Of a stretch of 64,000 nt of DNA, positions 54,501-64,000 are shown piece after piece; position 1 is the stretch's first letter, and each line of letters begins with the position of its first letter. The notes beneath the pieces are model-generated. The model ran no database searches and was not told the origin of the DNA. It was given only the letters and a program-made list of their open reading frames with translations. The position numbers were made by a program, and so were the translations under genes. This DNA comes from Ostrea edulis. Lineage: Eukaryota. The DNA lies in assembly GCF_947568905.1 (NCBI RefSeq), contig NC_079171.1, positions 40,610,001-40,674,000 on the forward strand, given 5' to 3'.

Positions 54501-55170
54501 TTATGGAACAGATTGTTCCCTCTCGTGTCCAGATGTCAACTGTAAATATTGTCACATAGAGACGGGGGCGTGTCAGGGATGTAACCCTGGGTACAAAGGT
54601 TATCGATGTGAACAAGGTATGATATTGTTTTCCAATGAATGTTTCGTGTCGTCCAAATTTGACAGTTACGAATCCGTGGAAATAATGTTTGGTAAACTAT
54701 TGGCTTAACATCTAAAGGACTACTTCATATTTTCCACACAAAACCCTAACTTTGATAACGCATACACGTTAAACTTTCGTTATGTTTCACTGCATATATT
54801 GTCTTCTTGTTATATGTACGTCTGGTGCAATGACAAGGAATATATGCAGCAATAAAAGCGAACTTTTCTATTTGTTTCTAGATTATTTTACGTTTCGCTA
54901 ACTAATCATATTCGTCATTATTGTTTTCTATCAATGAAACACTTGATAACATGTACTGCTTAATTATGCTGAACTACTTTCACACTATGCGGAACGATAT
55001 GCTATTTGTGTTAATTTTTTTTTAATTGGAAGAATGTGACGGCAGAAAGTATGGTGAAGGATGTCAGTATGAATGTGGGAAATGTAAAGACATGGTACAG
55101 TGTCATCACATAAACGGGACATGTTTAAACGAATGTGAACCAGGTTTCAAGGAAGGACGATGTGTAGAAC
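39515..55170 (+). CDS. Paralog B of the same receptor family, 5' part (signal, lectin domain, two EGF repeats); 3' end not found in window
   Basis: Exons 39515-39569 ([18 protein letters not shown]), 44245-44478 ([19 protein letters not shown]), 44700-44954 ([25 protein letters not shown]), 54482-54616 ([34 protein letters not shown]..), 55033-55170 ([18 protein letters not shown]..). All GT-AG, in frame, and collinear with exons 1-5 of paralog A. Confidence 0.85.
40455..40640 (+). mobile_element. 3' tail of the Penelope-like element in intron 1 of paralog B
   Basis: Near-identical to the reverse complement of 19596-19790. More decayed tails occur at ~32070-32330, ~42560-42770 and ~51800-51930, and an RT sliver at ~10440-10520. 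Confidence 0.8.
40738..41757. mobile_element. Second copy of the ~1-kb TIR element, intron 1 of paralog B, opposite orientation
   Basis: Collinear reverse complement of 18043-19031; ends gcgggtacgttgagacaggtta and tgacctgttttaacatacccgc. Confidence 0.7.
45171..45981. mobile_element. Tc1/pogo-type MITE, copy 1 (intron 3 of paralog B)
   Basis: Starts TA|CAGTAAAACT and ends TTTACTG, with subterminal tatagcgaa/ttcgctata repeats; ~810 bp. Confidence 0.8.
47560..48088. mobile_element. hAT-type MITE (~530 bp)
   Basis: TIRs CAGGACTAGGGT / ACCTTAGACCTG (10 of 12 match), dense subterminal gtaatg/cattac repeats, and flanking 8-mers gacagaat/gatataac that may be a decayed TSD (5 of 8). Confidence 0.55.
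49100..49560 (-). pseudogene. Possible hAT transposase N-terminal (TTF-type zinc finger) relic
   Basis: A stop-riddled frame contains [30 protein letters not shown], resembling the CxxC..GFxNWK pattern; short match only. Confidence 0.35.
52524..53347. mobile_element. Tc1/pogo-type MITE, copy 2, inverted relative to copy 1
   Basis: TA|CAGTAAAACTC ... GAGTTTTACTG. The internal sequence is the reverse-complement homolog of 45171-45981. Confidence 0.8.
53361..53596 (+). mobile_element. tRNA-derived SINE family 1, near full length
   Basis: ggttcgaatcccgctcgcgccagtaagtgagaaagttcc.. and a (CAAT)n tail. Truncated copies at ~23950-24081 (+) and ~56690-56771 (-). Confidence 0.8.
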
Positions 55171-55629
55171 GTAAGTAGCGATACATATATATGCGTTTTA
55201 CAAATAATGTTTGAAAAATATCGTTTTGCACTTCGCTACGTCGGGCAATAATTCAACATTTTCAGCTAAATTTGGAGAGAGTCGCCCAAGAAATAAGAAT
55301 AATCATAAGTAGTTATTCAGGCATAGTATCTTTGTTTCTTGGAAGTAATGTGATGATTGGTGAAGAATGATTTCAACCCGGAATTTTCCTCATTTCAATA
55401 AGATTAAAAGTAGATTGTTTTAATTGATATCCTTTTGTTCAGGTATCTCACCAGCTTTGATAAAATTCCTCACGAATAGAATGGCTCGAATCTCGAGTCT
55501 ATTTCCACTCTTCTGAAAAAAAACCCACTTACAAATCTTATCATCTGATCTCAGCACATACAGTAAAATGGACATGTTTTTATATCAAAGACCACGAACG
55601 CATAGAGAAAATCATAGTGCTTCTCTACA

Positions 55630-55962
55630 CCACTGCGGTGGCCTAGAGGTTAGAGAATTCGCCCTGCATGTGGAAGACCGGGGTTCAAATCGCGGTCGCG
55701 ACAGACCTTATTCGTTAAAACAGGTAGTTCCATAGCCAAACACTCAGCATCAGGTGTGAATATTACGGGTCTTCAGAAATGACCTTAAAAGCGGACATCC
55801 CGTGTCACAGTAGACATGGCATGCTTAAGAACCTTCACTCCTCAATGGATGTAAGCGACGAGCATACTATTAGGCCTAAAGTCACCGGTCTTGGTGACGT
55901 CTCTCTATGAGTGAAAGATTCTCGAGAGTGACTTTAAACAAGACACAATCAATCAATCAATC
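55630..55962 (+). mobile_element. tRNA-derived SINE family 2, full length
   Basis: gcggtggcctagaggttagag (A-box), ggggttcaaatc (B-box), central cccgtgtcacagtag..aagaacc, (CAAT)n tail. Partial copy at ~38735-38950. Confidence 0.8.
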
Positions 55963-56369
55963 TTGGGAAATGTAATTATAAGTAAGAGTGAATAGATATA
56001 CATTCTCTTAGAATACTAGGTAAGCACAGTACAAGTGCATATAGCAGGTGGCATCTAGTATGTCATCAACGTACATTATTGGAAACGCATACGATATGCT
56101 TCTGCCAATTAAAGAACAAACTTAAAACACTTAACAAATGCAATGTGATTAATGATTAATTAATCTAGTACAGTGTTGTAATACCAAGCCATGTGCATTG
56201 GCAGTCATTACCACAAACGCAAAAATCGCAAAGGGAATTTTGATTGCAAACTCTGAAACAAATTCAATTCTCCTGTTTTATTGGTTGTTGGTTTCTCTGT
56301 TTTATTTATTTGAAATTATTAACTATTTCACACTAATATTCATAAAGTTTTCGTTCTGTTTTTATATAG

Positions 56370-56603
56370 AAAACATAGCCTTACACAAACCAGCATGGCA
56401 ACGTAGTCAATTCATCCCAGGTAACGCGATATTCAATGCAAGTAATGCTGTGGATGGACTGAAATCTGACCTCAGCGCCTGGGGAGGACAGTGTGTCATA
56501 TCGAATAGTAATCAACAAACAGCAACATGGAGAGTGAACCTAGAGGACATCCTCAGTATCCGTCACATTACCATTTATTACAGGACGGACAATACTGCAT
56601 GGG
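56370..56603 (+). CDS. Third copy of the first lectin-domain exon (second lectin module of paralog B, or exon 2 of a paralog C)
   Basis: AG at 56368-56369, GT at 56604-56605, 234 nt, phase 1-1, open: [78 protein letters not shown]. The partner exon (RFLGFSLY..) is not seen before 64000. Confidence 0.8.
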
Positions 56604-58424
56604 GTACGTCATTTGTTTTATGATTTTAAGAAAGTCAATGTGTCAATTTTTTTGACCACAGTTAGGCCTTAGGAGCTTAGTTTTTTTTAGCTGTTTTCCG
56701 CCACACTCAACAATTTTTCAGTTATCTGGTGGCGCCCAGTTTATATTGGTGGAAGAGAGAACCCAGGTACAATGAGCTTAGTGGTGTGTAAATGACATTG
56801 ATATTCTACATCAAAGTTATTACGATGAATGTCACATCCTTCAATAACGAATACTTGACTTCGGAAAATTGATCTATTATCTAAATTTGTGTTGTATCCA
56901 TTCAGAATCGTAAAGGAGGAGAGGGAACGATTATTAAACGACAAATCTTAAGGTTGTTGCTAAAACATGGAACGGAAAACGGAACATAATTTAAGAATTA
57001 TAATGCCTTTTAGCAATTTATTTGTAAACTAATATCATAGAAGAATTGGTTGGAATGAAACCAAAAATCGGAAGATAATATTTTATTATGATTAAAATCT
57101 AAAGTTTTGAAATTTGTTTACTGGCGGTAAAACAATTTTATCTAAACATTCTGCACTTTAAATTTATAAAAGCGAACTTAAAGTTTGTTTAAGGACATGC
57201 GGGACGATGTGACCAAAAAAAAAACAAACTTGTCAATGAATTTTTTTTAATTTTTTTCATGAATCATTATATGGATGTCCTCGATAATATATAAAAATTT
57301 CACGGTCACTTTCTAAGTATACAAGAGAGGTATTATGCTTTGAATTACCTCCCTTTTCAAAAATTGTAAATTTTCCTAAGGCATACAAATTTTCAATGAG
57401 AAAAAAAAATTAATGGAATTTTCAATTATTTTTTTTTTACAATAATCTCAAGAGTACATGCATGATATAGAATAAACAGTAATAATATGCTTAAACATAA
57501 CTACCTAATGAAAAATAGGGAAAGTTTAGTAATTTGGGGTGAAAATTGGTACTTAAAATCAGGATAGTCTAGATACCAAATGAAACACTACTCAAAAACC
57601 TGTCAATGATTTTTTTTATAAACACTGTAATTAAAAGCTATTCATATATTTAACCTCCTGTAGAAATATGAAGGGGTGAAGCTAACCTTGATTTTGAGGT
57701 AGGCGTCCTCGAAGTCATATCTTAATATGTCCACTTGTATACTATATTTATTCATGAGGAGTGGTTACACTTAGTCAGCGACTTCTTCAACCTTCTTGCA
57801 TATAATCTCTTGGACATATGGTAGTTTTGAGGCTGATTTTAAAATGATATCATTAATATTATTGAATTATGCTTTGTAAGTTTCACCTTTTTGCACTTAG
57901 ACAAAAAAAAATCATAAATTGTTTCTCAGGCCCCACCGCATCCGCTGAATAGATACATCATGGAATTTATTTTTTCAATTTATATTTATATCTGTTAAAA
58001 ATATTCACGTAAAACTTTCAGAATGTTTTAAAAACATTATAGGTATTTTTTTTTTTATCAAATAAGGATTGAATGCATATTCATTTATGTGCAAGTGTTT
58101 GAAAATAATACTGTAAATTTAATAGTAATATGAAGCTATTTTTAATAGAAATAAGAATTACATTGTTTATTATATTACTATATAAACGAGAAAAAAAAAA
58201 CCTCAAAATACAGCCAAGTAAAAAAGAAATACCTGCGTGCCTCATCAAAATTTGAAATTTTTGGCCTGAGAAACTATTTATTAAATGTTTTGACCTTATA
58301 GTCATGTACATATAATAAGGAAACAACATATTTATGTATTGAAATGATGACTATATAATCACTTTATTTCCTCAAATACATGTTTATGTGGATTGACTGA
58401 CTCTCACCACTCACTCATGTATAT

Positions 58425-58427
<3 letters not shown>

Positions 58428-58490
<63 letters not shown>
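58428..58490. repeat. (CT)n microsatellite
   Basis: About 31 perfect units. Confidence 0.95.
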
Positions 58491-58494
<4 letters not shown>

Positions 58495-59152
58495 AACTAA
58501 GATAACTCCATCCTCGCAGATACAAGTTTAAAATGTGTATTTTAGTTCCATTCATTAGTTAAAACCAACAAATTATCAAATGAAATACATAGGTCATCAG
58601 ACGTACATAAACAGAATTATATATCACCTTCAGAAAATTGCAATTTTCCTTAAACAACGTATTAAAATTCCATACAAACTGGTTATGACGATATAGTAGC
58701 ATTCATAACAATTTCATGAAACTGTATGTTCACAAAATTATACAAAATGGCTGTAAAAATAAGGAAATTATTGTATAATAGACTTGATAAAAAAATCAAT
58801 AGAAACAGAGTTATTACCCTTGGATTCAATATTTTGAAACTTATCATTGATTATATATCTATAACTTAGACTTTTGAAATATGTTATTTGTAACATTTTT
58901 TTTTACAATAACTATAGTAAAAGACTCCCAACAAAATTTATGTTCCTATCATGCATAAATCTAAATCATTGATTTTGCAAAATCTGATGACATCACAGGA
59001 GGGTGGACTTACTTTAATGGGCATATTGCCAATATTACAAACTACCAAACTTCAGCTGTTCAACGAATGCTTAAATATTGAGGGGCAGACTGACACAATG
59101 ATGGACAAGCATATTCAGATGAAAACTGTAGGAAAGCAACGCATTTACATTA

Positions 59153-59861
59153 TCATTCTTCTTTGGTAAAGAAATTCAAAATAGACTTAGCAGTCCTTGC
59201 AGTAAAACCATGCTCCGACAACACAGATTTGACTCCATCTTCACCACCCCTATTGAAAGCTAACATCAAATGTTTTCGAGAAAGTCCACTTTGTGCTAGT
59301 CGACGAGCGACTGGTCTGGAGATGTACGATCCTCTTAATCAAAGGTGTGAAAGACTGTGATAAAAGTGTTATATTGATTGGAAATATATCTTTTTCAGAA
59401 AAGTCCAGGTTACTCAAAAGCTCATAAAGACTCTTAACATCAGCACTTGCATCATGTGCATCGTATTCTTTTCCCAGCACTTTGGACACCAGATTTTGTT
59501 GTTTATAGTTTCCAAGATCACTCTTCTTGAACTTGATAGTTTCAGGGTATCGATACATCCTGTTAGGTATTGAAGGAGTTCTGGCACCAAACGAGCTTCA
59601 CGTAATGTACCCAGTAAGACTGGAACATCGTATGCAGCAATGTTATGACCAGAAAGTATAGGGTTCTTCTTTTTCTTAATATAGTCAATGAAGTTCAGCA
59701 ACACATAATATGTATCTTTACTTATAACTGGCTTACCATGATGGTACATCTGATTTGTTTGGAAGTCAAAAGTCAATCCTGTAATGGTTGAAGCTGTGGC
59801 CGATATTATTTGGCACCATCAAATGCAGCTAACTGGGTTATATCAGATTGTCTTGATAAAC
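59153..59861 (-). pseudogene. DEDDh 3'-5' exonuclease exon (PML-C/exuperantia-like), frameshifted
   Basis: GLSRQSDITQLAA..ISATASTITGLTF..ILSGHNIAAYDVPVL (ExoII)..GCIDTLKL..YDAHDASADV (ExoIII)..ARRLAQSGLSRKHLMLAFNRGGEDGV..KEE*. At least three frame breaks; the ExoI-bearing exon is absent from the window. Confidence 0.8.
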
Positions 59862-59866
59862 CTTAA

Positions 59867-62800
59867 CCCCTTCTCTACCGTACCGGTCAATTTGACCGGT
59901 GGCGCGTAAAAACGGGACAGCGCAAAAGGAGTGCCTCTAAATCTTTCAAACTACGGTCATAAGATATATGATCTATATATCATATTTTTGGAAATTTTCT
60001 CTATTTTTTAACTATGTAGAGATCAGTTATGTAAATAAAGCTATTAAATTAATAAAAGCATTTAAAGCGAAAGATGGCTTCGTCTAAATATGAAGCAACG
60101 CTTTGTCGCAAGGCCATTTTCCCCCCGATACGATTTTTTTAATCTCCCGTATGAATGCACTATTTTTTATATTTTTGAAAAGCATATATTCCCTGCTTTC
60201 AGAACATATAAAAATTATTTCTAATGCCTGGCAAAGTTATAAGAAAATAGCTATTTTTTGCACATGTACGCTTTCTTACAATTTTATTTCTCAGTGTTTA
60301 AACAGATCGGCGTTTTACCAATATTCATATATGGAAATAGGGAAAAGTAAATACAGCCTGTAAAAGTACAGGAAATTTTCTTTTTGATGGGCCCTTATTC
60401 GTGTTGTAATTCTTGTTAGTTTTTATATTACGATAAAATGAAATTGGGACATGCTGCGTGGTTTTCTTTAAAATTAGCGATAAAACGTCGGTGCTGAAAG
60501 CGATCGACGCGCATCGCACAATTAAGTAGTGAAAACTATTTGTATTGTCCTCTGTTGGTAATATGAATACTTTTTGATACACTAAAACAATATCCATATA
60601 TGTATGAAAAAATCAGCCAGGTATTCTCTGCTTAAAAAAAAAAGAAGTATAAAAACCATTAATGGTAAATAACAGTTACACCACCTACTTGTATTGTAAC
60701 TTCATAAAACACCTAACGATAATGTTACATCGGTAGAGTGAATAAAAAAAATACTTCAAATTCAGATATAAACGTTATGTAATATTTATTCGGTATAGAA
60801 ATAATTTTTTCTGCCAAACAAAGAAAACAAAAAGACCAGTCTGCATATTGTATTATATAATACTTTTTCCCCCGTGATCCGGATCGCGACCGCGGGGTTT
60901 TCTGAAAGTGTCCACGGGCAACACACGTGTTTCCGTTTCAACGAAAACAACAACACAACAAACGCTTGTATTGTATTTTACATCTTGAAAAGGACCTGAT
61001 GTCAGATGAAGAAGTCTGAAGATACCTTGGATATCCTGTTGCAGGATGACCCAAACGATCATGCATTCAGTATAAACATGTAAGTTGATGTAGCCACATA
61101 GGCCGACTAGAAAAAAAAAACGTTCGCGGTTATGTCATGTTATGAAAAATGCACGATTAATATATTAACCGCGATTTGATGCCATAATTTGTCGTTTCAT
61201 GAAAGACAATATTTATATTTTATGATATCTAAACCAAGTGTATAACACCCAATTGTTTATTAAGAGCTGAACATATCTGACATCAATTAATCTGTCCTGG
61301 TCCGGCATTAATCAGTCTGACCCCCCCCCCCTTTTGGTATCTCCTCACCTGACGCGCGAGTGTAAGAAGAGGGTGGATTTAGTGTACCATGAGAAAAGGG
61401 TGGGATGGTTTTAATCAGACTGGGCATTCATGACCATTGGTGTGGAGGCTATTTTCCAAGATTTTCTATGTTCATAAAAAAAATCTTTCTATGAAAAGAA
61501 AACACAATCTGTTAGGAAAGCATATATTGCATTATTGTATTATCGTAATAATAGAATTTATTACCGTAATTTGAGGTTTTTCTTCATATTGCAACAGAAA
61601 TAAAAACAAAATGTTTGTTTGGGACAAAAGGTGTGTGCGTGGGGGGTTAACATCAATCAAAATCTGGTTATGACAGGCTATTGAAAAAGCATTTAATTAT
61701 ATGATCCATAAATGCTGGTGTGCTTTGAGCTGATGGGCATCTGCCCACTTCTTGCTTAGATTTTCTCTAATATCGACTAAATCCACACCCCATCAGAGTA
61801 CCATGCCAGGGAATTTAGACACTGTGTACAATGAAGAACCAATTCAATTCTACTTTAAATCTGGGACCATTCAATTTCCCTCAGAGGCACAATATTTTCG
61901 CTGGACACTGTATATTTTAACCTGAATTTCTTCAGTATTTGCTCCCATGTATATGTTGGGCATAATGCTAACACCTCCATGATGTATAGTGGGTTTTTTT
62001 TTTCAATACGCACTCTGCTACACTCGCAAAGTATAATGAAATATTCCATTCATTTGATTTCTAACATATGTATGTAAAACTTATACGGTACCAATTTTGA
62101 TGCACCAGATGCGCATTTCGACAAATAATGTCTCTTCAGTGATGCTCAGCCGAAATCTTTGAAATCCGAAATAACTATCTATGTAATCCCTTACCAAATA
62201 GCACTTCAAATATAGGACATCTCTATCTTTAAATAAATATGATCAGTACTTTCGTGCGAAACTGTCCCTTACTATCATGAAGCTTATATTCTGCTTTAAA
62301 ACACAAACCAATAATTCTTAATTGTATTTTCATCTTTAAAAAGGTTATTGACATCCCAATATTTAGTGGGAAGCTTCCAGGTATCTTCCACTAGTGACAG
62401 TCTACTGACAAATCCAGACATGCATTGGAAGTATGTTGATGTGGAGGACACAGGGACACCTGATCCAAGAACTGTGGCATTTCATTCGGAGTGACAACCT
62501 GGCATGCAGTTGGTATGACTCTTTGAGGTTGAATATAGGGTTAAATCCGTATACATTTAGTTAACATTCAAATGAATCCAGATAATACATTCACAAATGG
62601 AATCATGGCATTATGGTACACTGGTATGCGTGTACCATTTTACTGTTTATCGTTGCATTACTAGATATAACATGCATACAAAAAGAGACAAAACACGGAA
62701 AATCATTATTCTGTTTCTAATTATAAGGTATGCTAAGTGTTTTAAATGATGACAAATAAGGTATGATGGCCAATACTGATTTTATTTGCATTTTTATTTT

Positions 62801-63380
62801 CAGATATGGGACCTGATTATTCAGAGAATTGCAGATTTTATGAAGCTGTTTTTGACAGAAGATTTGGTTTTCTCCATCTGTGTTGCCACCAACCATTATG
62901 CTGTGATCGTCATATCTAGGGGGAAGGGTTGTCATATGCTTCCCAAGGAAGTTCGAAGCCTCTCACTGAAGAGGAACTGTACAGGTATTACTAGTTTTTA
63001 AGTACCGATATTGTGACAGTGAATTCCAGTTTAAAACGAATAATAAAATGCATTTTATAAGATTACCTTTACCAAAATTAATCTGGCTGTGCATCTAACA
63101 CATTTATTAAAGATAACATTTTACAAGTAATTAAACTCATAATTTTCAGAGGGCCTTGATTATAGAAAACATTTACAGAGCCAATTGAGTATTCAAAAGC
63201 TCTGAGAATACATCAGTATATTGGGGCTAAGTATAAACAATCTTTTTTTTTTCTTCAGATTTTTTGGGCATTATCTTATACATGTCTGCTGAGAAGTTCC
63301 AGTCGATAGACAGATATTGGTCAACGCATGCCCCTATCGGAACAACCTAGTATCAAGAATTATGTCTAGAAATATGTTTT
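59867..63380 (+). mobile_element. piggyBac-type DNA transposon relic (left end plus spliced transposase fragments; right end not seen)
   Basis: TTAA|CCCCTT end at 59863-59872. Exon-like fragments: ~62410-62514 (HWKYVDVEDTGTPDPRTVAFHSE*QPGMQL), 62804-62983 (ADFMKLFLTEDLVFSICVATNHYA..PLTEEELYR) and ~63259-63385 (FLGIILYMSAEKFQSIDRYWS..SRIMSRN.F). These match the N-terminal pattern of piggyBac transposases. Confidence 0.75.
62099..62147 (-). ncRNA. Minimal type I hammerhead ribozyme, core intact
   Basis: Minus strand: GAGCAUCA CUGAAGA GACA-UUAUU-UGUC GAAA UGCGCA U C UGGUGCAUC. CUGANGA and GAAA cores; 4-bp helix II; helix III of one A-U pair around palindromic UGCGCA; cleavage triplet AUC; helix I GAGCAUCA/UGGUGC(A)UC. 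Confidence 0.85.
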
Positions 63381-64000
63381 AAGAGGTTGAATATAAGAAG
63401 AACAATTTTTATTAAATATAATGCAAGTACATTTAAATTTAGTTATTGAAAGTAAGTACTTGAACATTCGTATACATGTACAATGAACTTGGGGAGGAAA
63501 AACGGGCATTATTTTCGCATAGCATTTGATATCATAATGGTGTTGTTGCTTAGCAACCAAATATATTTGAATATAAAAAATTGATTTTTTTTAGATTTTA
63601 ACAGGAAAGATCTTTGTTTTAATGTTGCAATATTTATACTATTTAGTGGGATACAATGTCAAAACGTCATATTATTAGAAAATAATGAATATGTATATGA
63701 AGTACGAAATTTTCATTTTATGACCTTTGACCTTAATTCTCTTCATTATATTTTTTGTTAAAAACCTTTTAAAATAATTGAGATCTAGTCAAAGATTATA
63801 TTTTTAAAATAATGTGACATTTACTAATCATCATGCAATGTAACTATGTTTAAATTGTGTCGAATGGATGTAGAAAGGCAAATTATGGTCAAAATTACAC
63901 CATGAGTGTTGTTACTTAGCAACCAAAAATATTTGTTTGTCAATAAAATTGATTAATTTGATTGTGATGTTTTTGTAGTATTTTAAAAGACATATCAGCT

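Noticed and set aside
57193-57721. TTAA-flanked ~530-bp segment as a Kolobok-type solo repeat
   Set aside because: The terminal inverted match is weak and gapped, it is single copy here, and TTAA is frequent in this AT-rich DNA.
62200-62560. Protein-like - strand frame (..EDTWKLPTKYWDV..) and ORF 61855-62049
   Set aside because: The first overlaps the + strand piggyBac exon, which explains it as a shadow frame. The second has no recognisable motif.

Overview
AT-rich eukaryotic DNA. The repeat families and gene type point to a bivalve mollusc, probably an oyster (inference). The core is a tandem cluster of spliced + strand genes for type I membrane receptors: signal peptide, F-type lectin-like (fucolectin/F5-8C) domain, EGF-like repeats, transmembrane helix, and a tail with two YxxL/I motifs. 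The cluster has four parts: (0) a dead orphan last exon at 12.7 kb; (A) a complete, stop-free 12-exon model of about 590 aa at 15290-34720; (B) a second paralog with five exons found at 39515-55170; and (C) a further lectin exon at 56370-56603 that is in phase with B and has no visible signal exon of its own. The rest is mostly transposon debris. It includes Helentron-type (HINE) elements, tRNA-derived SINEs, many fragments of a Penelope-like element whose ORF ends after the RT, Tc1/pogo-type and hAT-type MITEs, a Gypsy RT relic, an intron-containing RecQ helicase relic (AcademH-like), a DEDDh exonuclease relic interrupted by a piggyBac relic, and two minisatellites. A dispersed ~350-nt repeat carries a minimal type I hammerhead ribozyme, with one apparently intact copy at 62099-62147 (- strand). 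No prokaryotic features or CRISPR arrays. All gene models and alignments were read by eye; no database searches were run, and repeat boundaries are approximate.
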